Shown in pieces: positions 48,174 through 57,868 of a stretch of 64,000 nt of DNA. A program made the translations under genes and the position numbers. The notes beneath the pieces were generated by a model, which had not been told where the DNA came from, did not search any database, and saw nothing but the letters and a program-made list of their open reading frames with translations. Source of the stretch: Candidatus Margulisiibacteriota bacterium (GTDB taxonomy: Bacteria; Margulisbacteria; Marinamargulisbacteria; JBFWNS01); NCBI GenBank assembly GCA_050250935.1, contig JBFWNS010000005.1:97583-161582 (forward strand). Reading direction: 5' to 3'. The stretch's first letter is position 1. Every line of letters starts with the position of its first letter.

Positions 48174-51095
48174 ATGCAAACCACCAATACCATTTATTTA
48201 CTCATCGAGCCTGGCCCCTTTTCTAAATTCAAAGTTATTGTTTTGGAAAACCGCAAACGGTTGTCGCCTTTTTCAACGGAAATTCCTTCCGAGCTAAGGG
48301 CATTGGCTAAAAAAGCGTTTTCTTACGGGGCTGTGGATGCCGAATTGGTGGCTTATTTTCAAGATGCCGAATCTCCTCTCCCGATGTTGATTCTTCATCA
48401 AGGACAAGAGCAGATTTTGACCTTTGATCCAGCGTTTAAGGTTCATCAAAAGACCAGTTTGTCGGCCACAGAATCTGGGGTTGTTATTTCCCGATTGGGT
48501 GTGGACGATCAAGGTCATTTTGGTGCTTATCACGTTTTGGGACAGTCTTTGGTTTTGGATTTTGAACGGGGCCGGGTAGGAATTTTAGAAGAGTCCACAG
48601 GTTGGGGGCCTTGGGCGCAGGCTCGGGCTGAAATGGGTGGCAAGGAAGCTGCTGGCGGGTTTTTAATGCCCATTGATGCGCCCATTACTTTAAATCATGC
48701 CGAGTTTTCGGATATGACTTTCTTGGCCGATGCCCAGGAAAACCTATTGTTTTTTAGTCAAGGCGAACCCCAAGTTCCTTTGCAAATTGAATCCCCGAGC
48801 TATCGGGTGCGGTTGATGAAACAACAAGACACCGACTATGCCGTGCATCTCGAGGCCTGGTGTCCTGGCCATGATGCCCTATCCCAAGACCGTCGTTTGG
48901 TTCCGCTGTTAACCGAGTTGCCTTTATCGGTTCGGGTTAGACGACGAATGGCGGCCTTTATTTCGTGGTTTTGCGAGCACCAAGATGGGGCTTCTGAGGA
49001 TGAAGTTTTGTCCTATTTTGCCCAAGATCCAATGCTTAAAGATTTTAGCCGCCATGTGCTGGCCCATGCCAAACAAGTGCTGGCTTATACCGATCAGCGC
49101 CAACCACGCTATGCCTATTCCAATGGTCAGTGGTGCGCCATATCTGGTGATTTGGCTCGAGAAAAAGCGGTGTATCGCATCTTGTTGTCTGTATTGGGTG
49201 AAGAGTTGTTTTTGGACCGATTTGTTATTCAAAAAGAATTGCTGTGGCCCTTAATTAGTGCCCTCAAGCAAGCCTTGATGGCCGAAGGGTTTGATGTTTA
49301 TTTTGGCAAAGAACTGGTGGAAGTGGTGTCTTGGGATTTTGTAATTGATGTTCAAACGGGTGATGATTGGTTTGAGTTGCATCCTCAGATTTTGTCCCAA
49401 GGACAACGGTTAACCCCAGAACAATGGCAAGCGGTTTTGGCGGCTGCCCGTAGTGGCGAAGAAGGGGGCCCTTTTTTAGATCCTAAAACCCAGCACATTG
49501 TTGAATTGCTTAAACAATGGATGATGCCCAGCTCTGACAAAGCCAGGCAGGTTCATTCCGTGGTTAAAGTGCCCCGGCTTCAAATTTTGGACTGGCTCTA
49601 CCTTCGCAAGGCTGGTGTAACGTTGAACTTGCCCAAAGCCGAAGAAGAGATGCTAGATCGCTTGGTGGGCTTCCAATCGGTTCCCTCCCGTGACGTTCCC
49701 GAGGGTTTTAAAGGCGAGCTTCGGTCCTATCAACGGGCGGGTTACGAGTGGTTGTCGTTTTTGTATGAATATCGGTTTGGGGGGTGTTTGGCCGACGATA
49801 TGGGTTTGGGAAAAACCATTCAAACCATTGTGTTTTTGGCAGCTGTTAAAGAACAACTCATTGCCAAATCCAAGCGGCTTCAGCCCAGTTTGGTTGTGGT
49901 TCCGCCAAGCTTGTTGTTCAATTGGCACCAAGAAATTGGGCGTTTTTATCCCTCGCTTCGGGTGCTGGAATATACAGGCGCCGATCGAAAAGTCGATTTT
50001 GAGGCTGTGGATGTGGTCTTGACCACCTACGATGTTGTGCGTCGGGACATCGACCAACTGTCTACCCAATCGTTCGAAGTGATTATTTTTGATGAAGCAC
50101 AGATTATCAAAAATATTTTTGCTGAAAGAACCGCCTCGGTTCGGCGACTTTCTGCTCGGTTTAAAGTGTGCTTAACCGGGACGCCCTTGGAAAACCATTT
50201 GGGCGAATATTTCTCTATTTTGGATTTGGCGTTGCCAGGGTTGTTTGGCGATTATTCTGATTTTCAAGAAGCCGTTAAAAACAACGAAACCCAGCCGCTG
50301 ATTGCCCGTAGTCGTCCTTTTGTTCTTCGCAGAACCAAAGAGGCCATTCAGCGCGATTTGCCGCCCAAAACCGAACAAGTGTTGTATCTGGAGTTGTCGG
50401 ATGCGCAAAAAACCGTTTATACGGCTGTGGTGAATCAAGTGAGATCCACGGTTGCCGAAGCGTTTAAAACCCATACTGCCAGCCAGGCCAGAATTATTGC
50501 CCTGACAGCCATATTGCGGCTTCGACAAATTTGTATTGCGCCTCAGTTGGTGGATAAAGAGGCCAGCGACCTTTCCCCAAAATTTTCCTATCTGCTTCAG
50601 ACCTTAAAAGAATTGCAAGACGAAGGTCATTCTGCCCTTATTTTTACCCAATTTACGTCTTGTTTGGATTTGCTTGAACCCCTGATGACGGCTCAAAACA
50701 TGCCCTTTTTGCGTATGGACGGTAAAACCCCTACGGCCAAGCGGAAACAACTGGTGGAATCGTTTCAAAATAGCGAGACGCCCCAACACTTTTTGTTGAG
50801 CCTTAAAACGGGGGGCGTGGGTCTAAACTTAACCCGTGCAAGCTATGTGTTTCACCTTGATCCGTGGTGGAATCCTGCTGTCGAAAATCAGGCTTCCGAC
50901 CGGGCTCACCGTTTGGGCCAAACCCAACATGTCTTTGTTACCAAGTTGGTCATGCGACACACGGTAGAAGAAAAAATGATGCAACTGAAGGCCAAAAAAC
51001 AAGCGCTGTTTGAATCGGTTCTGAACAATGGGGTTGGGGACAAGGCTTTGGGCGCTATTTCCAAGGAAGATTTGGCGTTTTTGATTGGTGCATAG
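48174..51095 (+). CDS. SNF2-family helicase
   Basis: LRSYQ, LADDMGLGKT, DEAQ, LTGTPLEN, LRRTK, GGVGLNLT, DPWWNPAVENQASDRAHRLGQ. Confidence 0.95.
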   Translation: MQTTNTIYLLIEPGPFSKFKVIVLENRKRLSPFSTEIPSELRALAKKAFSYGAVDAELVAYFQDAESPLPMLILHQGQEQILTFDPAFKVHQKTSLSATESGVVISRLGVDDQGHFGAYHVLGQSLVLDFERGRVGILEESTGWGPWAQARAEMGGKEAAGGFLMPIDAPITLNHAEFSDMTFLADAQENLLFFSQGEPQVPLQIESPSYRVRLMKQQDTDYAVHLEAWCPGHDALSQDRRLVPLLTELPLSVRVRRRMAAFISWFCEHQDGASEDEVLSYFAQDPMLKDFSRHVLAHAKQVLAYTDQRQPRYAYSNGQWCAISGDLAREKAVYRILLSVLGEELFLDRFVIQKELLWPLISALKQALMAEGFDVYFGKELVEVVSWDFVIDVQTGDDWFELHPQILSQGQRLTPEQWQAVLAAARSGEEGGPFLDPKTQHIVELLKQWMMPSSDKARQVHSVVKVPRLQILDWLYLRKAGVTLNLPKAEEEMLDRLVGFQSVPSRDVPEGFKGELRSYQRAGYEWLSFLYEYRFGGCLADDMGLGKTIQTIVFLAAVKEQLIAKSKRLQPSLVVVPPSLLFNWHQEIGRFYPSLRVLEYTGADRKVDFEAVDVVLTTYDVVRRDIDQLSTQSFEVIIFDEAQIIKNIFAERTASVRRLSARFKVCLTGTPLENHLGEYFSILDLALPGLFGDYSDFQEAVKNNETQPLIARSRPFVLRRTKEAIQRDLPPKTEQVLYLELSDAQKTVYTAVVNQVRSTVAEAFKTHTASQARIIALTAILRLRQICIAPQLVDKEASDLSPKFSYLLQTLKELQDEGHSALIFTQFTSCLDLLEPLMTAQNMPFLRMDGKTPTAKRKQLVESFQNSETPQHFLLSLKTGGVGLNLTRASYVFHLDPWWNPAVENQASDRAHRLGQTQHVFVTKLVMRHTVEEKMMQLKAKKQALFESVLNNGVGDKALGAISKEDLAFLIGA

Positions 51096-51160
51096 GGTGT
51101 TTTTTGAGTATACTTGAGGGACGTGTTAAAAAATCCCACTTAATTTAGGAGGTACAGAGG

Positions 51161-51421
51161 ATGAGTGACAAATCTAATTTTTTTGCAGGTGTTGTGTTGG
51201 GTGCTGTCGTTGGCGCCGTTGCTGGCATTTTGTTTGCACCAGCCTCTGGCCAAGAAACCCGCATTAAACTAAAAGAATTCAAAGAAAAAAATGAAGGTGC
51301 AGTTAAAGAAAAAACAGAAGAATTGATTGCCAAAACCATGAATTCGATCGAAGAAGGCTTTGATAAAATTGGCAAAATGGTTGATAAACGACGTGGCCCC
51401 AACGGCCAAGAGGAAGCCTAA
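51161..51421 (+). CDS. YtxH domain protein
   Basis: FFAGVVLGAVVGAVAGILFAPASGQETR. Confidence 0.9.
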   Translation: MSDKSNFFAGVVLGAVVGAVAGILFAPASGQETRIKLKEFKEKNEGAVKEKTEELIAKTMNSIEEGFDKIGKMVDKRRGPNGQEEA

Positions 51422-51609
51422 TGGATCTGTTGGCTTTGCTGAAACTGGGGATATGTGCAGGTCTTTTGGGCCTGTTGATTGTTTTGATTGTGGCGGCTAT
51501 CGAGGGGGTTCGCATCTTGATGGCATTTCGTCGAATGGCCACCCGTGTGGATCGTCTGACCGATGTTAATTTTTGGGCTGGCTTTATCAAGGGTTGGTTT
51601 AAAAAATAA
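51421..51609 (+). CDS. Small membrane protein
   Basis: Single TM segment; TAATG coupling on both sides. Confidence 0.7.
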   Translation: MDLLALLKLGICAGLLGLLIVLIVAAIEGVRILMAFRRMATRVDRLTDVNFWAGFIKGWFKK

Positions 51610-54071
51610 TGTTGTCCAGCGCCCAAATTCGCCAAGCGTTTATTGATTTTTTTGCAAGTAAAGGACATACCTTCGCCAAAGGAAGTCCTGTCGTTCCCCA
51701 GGATGATCCCACCATTTTGTTTACCAATGCGGGGATGAACCAGTTCAAAGATGTTTTTTTGGACAAAGGAACCCGGCCTTATAGCCGTGCGGTGAATTCC
51801 CAGGTGTGTATTCGGGTTTCTGGCAAACACAACGATTTGGAAGATGTAGGACTCGATACCACCCATTTGACCTTGTTTGAAATGTTGGGCAATTGGTCTT
51901 TTGGCGATTTTTACAAAAAGGAAGCCATTTCCTGGGCGTGGGAACTGTTTACCCAAGTGTTTAAACTGCCCAAAGACAAGCTGTATGCCACGGTTTACAA
52001 AACCGATGAAGAGGCTGAACAGCTTTGGAAAACCGAAACCGATATGCCAGCCGAACACGTGCTTCGGTTTGGCGAAAAAGACAATTTTTGGGAGATGGGC
52101 GAGGTTGGTCCCTGTGGGCCTTGTTCCGAGCTGCATTTGGACCGTGGGCCTGCTGTTTGCGACAAACAAACTGTGCCTGGCCATGAGTGTTCGGTGAATG
52201 GGGATTGTGCTCGGTTTATCGAGCTGTGGAATTTGGTGTTTATTCAATATAACCGCCAAGCCGATGGTAATTTGTTGCCTTTACCTAAAAAACATGTGGA
52301 CACCGGTGCTGGCTTGGAGCGGTTGGTGGCCGTGTTACAGGGCACAACCTCCAATTACGAAACCGATTTGTTTACCCCCATTATTCAAAAAATCGAAGCC
52401 ATTTCAGGGATTCCTTATACCGATACCCCAGCTGGCATGCCGCACCGTGTGATGGCCGACCATATTCGCATGTTGGTGTTTTCGATTGCGGATAATGCCA
52501 TGCCCTCCAACGAAGGGCGGGGCTATGTGGTGCGCCGTTTGTTGCGCCGGGCCTTGCGCTATGCCAAACAATTGGGCATTCACGAACCGGTGATGCACAA
52601 ATTGGTAGACCCTGTTGTTGCGGTGATGGGTGATTTTTTTGAAGATCTTAAAACTCGGCAAGCCTTTATTACCTCTGTGATTGAAAGCGAAGAAAAACAG
52701 TTTTTGAAAACCCTGGAAAATGGGTTGTCCTTGTTTGATGTTGTGCTTAAAACGACCCAAACGGCGGGACAAACGGTGTTGAATGGGGACGATGTGTTTA
52801 AACTGTACGACACTTATGGGTTTCCGGTGGATTTAACGGCCTTGATGGCCCGAGAAAATGGTATGACCGTGGACATGGCCGGGTTTGAAAAAGCCTTGGA
52901 GATGCAACGCGAACGGTCCAGACAAGGCAGCAAAGCCACTGTGTTTGAGGTTGCTTCGGCTTCGGTGGATACCCAGGCTTTTAAAGATTTGCCCTTGCAT
53001 TTGTCGGACTACACAGATGTGGCCAAGGGTGGGGAAGCCCGTATTGTGGTGGATCCGGTTCAAAAAATGGCGATGGCACGGCATCACACAGGCACGCATT
53101 TGTTGCAGGCCGCCTTGCAGCAGGTGTTGGGGGCGCACGTGCATCAAGCAGGGAGTTTGGTGGATACGGATCGGCTTCGCTTTGATTTTACGCATTTTAA
53201 AGCCCTGTCTGATGCTGATTTAACTGCAGTGGAAACCTTGGTGAACGATAAAATTCAAGCGGCCATTCCGGTGACGATTTCCCACCTGCCTTTGGAAGAG
53301 GCCAAAGCCCAAGGTGCCATGGCCCTGTTTGGCGAAAAATACGACGATGTGGTGCGTGTGGTGACCATTGGTGATTTTTCCAAAGAATTGTGCGGCGGCA
53401 CCCACGTTTTGAATAGCCAAGCGGTTGAACAAGTTAAATTGGTTGCCGAAACGGCTGTTGCCGCTGGTGTTCGACGTATCGAAGCTTTGGCTGGCGCCGA
53501 GATTATTGCTGCTTATGAATCTGAAAAAAATGCCAAAAAACAAGCCCAACTTCAGGATAAAATGGCCCAGTTGGACCAGTTGAATCAGCAGTTGGTTGCT
53601 GCTGGTTTACCTGCTGTTGTTGCGACGTCTCAATCCGATATTGGGGCTGTTTTAGCAGCCATTAAACAAGCCGAAAAGCAGGTTGCTCAGGCCAAATCGG
53701 CCCAGGTTGGCAGTTCTACGGCGGATTTTCTATCTGAAAAATTAAGCTTGAACGGATTTTCGGCCATTGTTCGTCAGGTGGCGGACTATGATATGGGCAT
53801 GCTCAGAGAATTGTCCGATAACTTGGTGAATGGCCAAAATCATCTGGTCGTGGTGCTGGCTTCTGAAAAAGAGGGCAAAGGCTTGGTGTTGGTTCGCCTC
53901 ACCAAAGACCTGTCTCAGTTAAAAGCTGCCGATATTTTAACCCAACTCACTGCCGTTGCGGGTGGTAGTGGGGGAGGACGACCCGACATGGCCCAAGCGG
54001 GTGGTGCTGATCCTGCCAAACTTCAAGAGGCCCTAGGGGCGGTCAAAACATGGTTGAAGGCCGTATCTTAG
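51609..54071 (+). CDS. alaS: Alanine--tRNA ligase
   Basis: FTNAGMNQFK, FEMLGNWSFGD, DTGAGLER, DTYGFP, HTGTH, ELCGGTH, GGGRPDMAQAGG. Confidence 0.98.
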   Translation: MLSSAQIRQAFIDFFASKGHTFAKGSPVVPQDDPTILFTNAGMNQFKDVFLDKGTRPYSRAVNSQVCIRVSGKHNDLEDVGLDTTHLTLFEMLGNWSFGDFYKKEAISWAWELFTQVFKLPKDKLYATVYKTDEEAEQLWKTETDMPAEHVLRFGEKDNFWEMGEVGPCGPCSELHLDRGPAVCDKQTVPGHECSVNGDCARFIELWNLVFIQYNRQADGNLLPLPKKHVDTGAGLERLVAVLQGTTSNYETDLFTPIIQKIEAISGIPYTDTPAGMPHRVMADHIRMLVFSIADNAMPSNEGRGYVVRRLLRRALRYAKQLGIHEPVMHKLVDPVVAVMGDFFEDLKTRQAFITSVIESEEKQFLKTLENGLSLFDVVLKTTQTAGQTVLNGDDVFKLYDTYGFPVDLTALMARENGMTVDMAGFEKALEMQRERSRQGSKATVFEVASASVDTQAFKDLPLHLSDYTDVAKGGEARIVVDPVQKMAMARHHTGTHLLQAALQQVLGAHVHQAGSLVDTDRLRFDFTHFKALSDADLTAVETLVNDKIQAAIPVTISHLPLEEAKAQGAMALFGEKYDDVVRVVTIGDFSKELCGGTHVLNSQAVEQVKLVAETAVAAGVRRIEALAGAEIIAAYESEKNAKKQAQLQDKMAQLDQLNQQLVAAGLPAVVATSQSDIGAVLAAIKQAEKQVAQAKSAQVGSSTADFLSEKLSLNGFSAIVRQVADYDMGMLRELSDNLVNGQNHLVVVLASEKEGKGLVLVRLTKDLSQLKAADILTQLTAVAGGSGGGRPDMAQAGGADPAKLQEALGAVKTWLKAVS

Positions 54072-54469
54072 CCCTGGATTTTGGCACCGTTCGTATTGGT
54101 GCTGCCATTTCGGATGGGTTGGGCATGACGGCTCAACCCTTGCCTTATATCCAGAATAATCATGGGGTTTGGGAGCCTGGTTTCAAAAAAATTCTTGCTG
54201 AATACGATGTTCGAACGGTTTTGATTGGCCTGCCCAAAAACCGAGATGGTGGGGAATCGGCGCAGTCTGAAGTGGTTCGACAGTTTGCAAAGGCCGTCGA
54301 AACCCTTTCTGGCTTGTCTGTGGTGTTCTACGACGAACGGTTTTCAACAGCTGCGGTTACCAAACAATTGCTCTCGGCCAATGTGCGCCGTGACAAACGC
54401 AAAGAAGTGGTGGACAGCTTGTCTGCGGCCTATGTGTTGCAGGGGTATTTGGATAAAACAGTAAACTAA
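54050..54469 (+). CDS. ruvX: YqgF/RuvX pre-16S rRNA nuclease
   Basis: LALDFGTVRIGAAISD, GLP, DERFST, VDSLSA. Confidence 0.93.
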   Translation: MVEGRILALDFGTVRIGAAISDGLGMTAQPLPYIQNNHGVWEPGFKKILAEYDVRTVLIGLPKNRDGGESAQSEVVRQFAKAVETLSGLSVVFYDERFSTAAVTKQLLSANVRRDKRKEVVDSLSAAYVLQGYLDKTVN

Positions 54470-54482
54470 ATTAAGGATAACC

Positions 54483-55454
54483 ATGGACTACAAAGCATCT
54501 GGTGTGAATATTGAAGCAGGAAATAGAGCGGTTGAGCTGATTAAACACAATGTTAAGCGAACGTTTAACCCCTTTGTGTTGGCCGGTTTGGGCAGTTTTG
54601 GAGCCCCTGTTGCTATTCCTTCAGGCTACAAGGAGCCAGTTTTGGTTTCCAGCACCGATGGGGTGGGGACCAAATTAAAATTGGCCATTGATACGGGTAT
54701 TTTCAACACCGTGGGCATCGATTTGGTGGCCATGTGTGTGAACGATTTGTTGTGTTTGGGCGCAAAACCCTTGTTCTTTTTGGACTATATTGCCTGTCAT
54801 CAACTGGTGCCCGAAGACATGAAAACTTTGATCGATGGGATGGTGGAAGGCTGTTTGCAAGCCGAATGTGCGTTGGTGGGTGGCGAGATGGCCGAGATGA
54901 ACGATTTGTATCGGCCAGGCGAATTTGATTTGGCAGGTTTTTCGGTGGGTGTTGTTGAAAAATCCCAGCTCATTACTGGTCAAAATATTCAACCTGGGAA
55001 CTATGTGTATGCCATTCCGTCTTCTGGGATCCACAGCAACGGCTATTCTTTGGTGCGCAAGGTCTTAACGGAATCGGTTTGCCAAGCGGAAAATATCTCC
55101 ATGGAAACTTTGTTAACGCCCACCCGAATTTACGTTAAAACCGTGATGCCTTTGCTTGAAAAGGCCGGATTGGTGACGGGTTTGGCCCACATTACCGGTG
55201 GTGGCTTGGCCGAAAACACGGCCCGTGTGTTGCCAGAAGGCATTACCTTGAACTTGGATGTCCGGGCTATTCCCGTTCCAGAAATCTTTACCACCATGGC
55301 CCGTGTGGGCAACATTTCCCAAGCTGAAATGGACAAGGTGTTTAACTTGGGTATCGGCATGATTGTGATTACCAGCGAGCCGGTTTCCCATGCCGATTTG
55401 GTGTTGGTGGGTCGGGCAGAAGCAGGGGACAAGCAGGTTCATGTCCGGCGCTAA
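54483..55454 (+). CDS. purM: AIR synthetase
   Basis: YKASGVNI, TDGVGTK, GIDLVAMCVND, SSGIHSNG, HITGGG. Confidence 0.97.
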   Translation: MDYKASGVNIEAGNRAVELIKHNVKRTFNPFVLAGLGSFGAPVAIPSGYKEPVLVSSTDGVGTKLKLAIDTGIFNTVGIDLVAMCVNDLLCLGAKPLFFLDYIACHQLVPEDMKTLIDGMVEGCLQAECALVGGEMAEMNDLYRPGEFDLAGFSVGVVEKSQLITGQNIQPGNYVYAIPSSGIHSNGYSLVRKVLTESVCQAENISMETLLTPTRIYVKTVMPLLEKAGLVTGLAHITGGGLAENTARVLPEGITLNLDVRAIPVPEIFTTMARVGNISQAEMDKVFNLGIGMIVITSEPVSHADLVLVGRAEAGDKQVHVRR

Positions 55455-56049
55455 GTCGGGGCCTCGGCTGGGGATTTTAATTTCCGGCAGAGGTTCAAAT
55501 ATGGCGGCCATTTTAAAGGCCATTGAAGCCGGCACCTTGGGGGCAATACCTGCTGTGGTGTTGAGTCATAATCCCAAAGCCGAAGGGCTTGTTACAGCAG
55601 CCCAGCAAGATATTCCCACTTTCGCTGAATTGATTTCTGAGTTTGACTCTAAAGAAGCCTACGAAGCTTGGGTGGTTGGGGTTTTGAAGGACCATCAGGT
55701 GGATTTGGTGATTTTGGCTGGTTATATGCGCTTGGTTGGCCCGACCTTGTTGGCGGCTTTTCCGAATCGAATTTTGAACATTCATCCGTCGTATTTGCCG
55801 GCTTTTAAAGGCTTGCACGCCCAACGCCAGGCGGTGGAAGCCGGGGCCAAAGAAAGCGGGTGTTCGGTGCATGTGGTGGACGATACTTTGGATGGCGGCC
55901 CCTTGATTTTGCAAACCAAAGTGCCCGTTTTGCCAGGTGACACCGAGGCCAGTTTAAGTGAACGTATTTTGGTGCAGGAGCATCAGTTATATCCCAAAGC
56001 GATTGCCCAGTATTGGGAGAAGGAGAACAACCGTGCGAGCGTTAATTAG
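55441..56049 (+). CDS. purN: Phosphoribosylglycinamide formyltransferase
   Basis: ISGRGSN, LAGYMR, LNIHPS, GCSVH, DGGP. Confidence 0.97.
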   Translation: MSGAKSGPRLGILISGRGSNMAAILKAIEAGTLGAIPAVVLSHNPKAEGLVTAAQQDIPTFAELISEFDSKEAYEAWVVGVLKDHQVDLVILAGYMRLVGPTLLAAFPNRILNIHPSYLPAFKGLHAQRQAVEAGAKESGCSVHVVDDTLDGGPLILQTKVPVLPGDTEASLSERILVQEHQLYPKAIAQYWEKENNRASVN

Positions 56050-57568
56050 TGTTTCAGATAAGACCGGAATTGTTGATTTTTCAAAAGCGTTGATTGAGCT
56101 GGGATACACCATTATTTCCACCGGGGGTACCCATGGGTTGTTGGCCAAAGAAGGCCTTCCCGTGACCGCGATTGATGAGGTGACGGCTTTTCCGGAAATG
56201 TTGGATGGACGGGTGAAGACTTTGCATCCCAAAATTCATGGTGGGTTGTTGGCTTTGCGTGATAACGCCCAGCACATGGCCACTTGCCAAGCGCATGGCA
56301 TCGAGATGATCGATTTGGTGGTGGTGAATTTGTATCCCTTTGAAAAAACGATTCAAAAACCGGATGTCAGCTTGGAAGAAGCCATTGAGAACATCGACAT
56401 TGGCGGGCCTTCAATGCTGCGCTCGGCTTCTAAAAATTACCGTTCGGTTGGGGTGATTGTGAATCCAGACCGGTATGATGCTGTGATTGAAGAATTACGT
56501 CAAAACGAAGGTGAATTGACGGCCAAAACCAAATGGAATTTGGCCAAAGAAGCGTTTCAGCACACCTCGCGCTACGACAGTTTAATTGCGGCTTATTTTG
56601 AGCAACACTCTGAACCAGAAGACACCCGATTTCCCCAAACCCTGACCCCTGTTTTAAGCAAAGTGTCGGATTTGCGTTATGGTGAAAACCCACATCAGGC
56701 TGCGGCTTTTTATGCACTTAAAGGCCAACAAGGATTGCCGAAATTGCGCCAAGTGCAGGGCAAAGAATTGTCCTATAACAATTTGATCGATATTGAAGCG
56801 GCTTGGCAGATTGCCAGGTCTTTTGAAAAACCGGGTGCAACGGTGATTAAACACACCAATCCTTGTGGATCGGCCATTGGCGAAACCTTGGCCCAGGCCT
56901 ATCAGAAAGCGCATGACGCGGATCCCGTTTCGGCGTTTGGTTCGATCATCGGGCTGAACCGAGAGGTGGATGCCACGACCGCGGAAGCGATTTGTAAAAC
57001 CTTTGTTGAAGTGGTCGTGGCCCCGTCGTTTTCGGCCCAGGCTTTGTCCCTGCTCTCGGCAAAACCAGCTTTGCGGGTGATTGTTTTGGACGATTTTTTT
57101 GCGGCTGATCCGGCTTTTTCTTATCGGTATGTTACCGGCGGTTTTTTGGTGCAGCAACCGGATACCAAAACCATCACCGAATCCGATTTAACCTGTGTGA
57201 CAACCGCACAACCAAGCGCTGAACAGATCGAAGATTTGGTGTTTGCTTTTGCTTTGGTAAAACATGTGAAATCCAATGCTATTTTGGTGGCCAAAAGTGG
57301 CCAATCGTTGGGGGTTGGAGCTGGTCAAATGAGCCGGGTTGAATCGGTGGAAATTGCTTTGAAAAAAGCGGGTGCTTTGGCTTCGGGTGCTGTAATGGCT
57401 TCCGATGCTTTTTTTCCCTTCAAAGACTCGGTCGTGTTGGGGCATCAGGCCGGCATTACGGCGTTTATTCATCCAGGTGGATCCAAGCGTGACCAAGAAT
57501 CCATCGACTATTGCAACGAGCATGGGTTGGTGATGGTGACGACAGGGGTCAGGCATTTTAAGCATTAG
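56033..57568 (+). CDS. purH: Bifunctional AICAR transformylase/IMP cyclohydrolase
   Basis: GTG start after AGGAG; RALISVSDK, GRVKTLHP, IDIGGP, LRYGENPHQ, SDAFFPF, RHFKH. Confidence 0.98.
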   Translation: MRALISVSDKTGIVDFSKALIELGYTIISTGGTHGLLAKEGLPVTAIDEVTAFPEMLDGRVKTLHPKIHGGLLALRDNAQHMATCQAHGIEMIDLVVVNLYPFEKTIQKPDVSLEEAIENIDIGGPSMLRSASKNYRSVGVIVNPDRYDAVIEELRQNEGELTAKTKWNLAKEAFQHTSRYDSLIAAYFEQHSEPEDTRFPQTLTPVLSKVSDLRYGENPHQAAAFYALKGQQGLPKLRQVQGKELSYNNLIDIEAAWQIARSFEKPGATVIKHTNPCGSAIGETLAQAYQKAHDADPVSAFGSIIGLNREVDATTAEAICKTFVEVVVAPSFSAQALSLLSAKPALRVIVLDDFFAADPAFSYRYVTGGFLVQQPDTKTITESDLTCVTTAQPSAEQIEDLVFAFALVKHVKSNAILVAKSGQSLGVGAGQMSRVESVEIALKKAGALASGAVMASDAFFPFKDSVVLGHQAGITAFIHPGGSKRDQESIDYCNEHGLVMVTTGVRHFKH

Positions 57569-57573
57569 AAACA

Positions 57574-57594
57574 AAAAATGCGGAGCATTTTTGT
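57574..57594 (+). terminator. Probable terminator after purH
   Basis: AAAAATGC-GGA-GCATTTTT. Confidence 0.45.
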
Positions 57595-57799
57595 GTCGGA
57601 ATTTGGAGTAAATTATAAACATACCTCCGAAGTCGGTGTGGGTCGCAAAGCCAAAGCAAGTTTGGCTTTGCTCGCCCTAAGGGGTCTGAAGTGGAATCGT
57701 ACAGAAAAAGTAAAATCAATGGGCTCGCGCTGATTTGTATGTACAAAACCATAGGTTTTGTGGGTCGGAATTTGGAGTGAATCCAAATTCCTCGCGCTG
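57589..57799. repeat. Multi-hairpin intergenic element with repeated flanks
   Basis: Two perfect hairpins, each flanked by TGTGGGTC and TCGC; direct repeat GTCGGAATTTGGAGT. Confidence 0.6.
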
Positions 57800-57868
57800 C
57801 GCGGCTTGGTGGGGCTTGGAAAGAGGGGGCTGCTGCTCGGTTTGTTGGGGGCGTGCTATGATGTGGCC

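Noticed and set aside
51303..52259. 318-aa minus-strand ORF and similar long antisense ORFs (27368-28003, 36957-37586, 21932-22600)
   Set aside because: Shadow frames of well-supported genes on the opposite strand
57571..57799. CRISPR array or ZTP riboswitch
   Set aside because: No regular repeat-spacer period and no cas genes; it lies downstream of purH and lacks recognisable ZTP motifs
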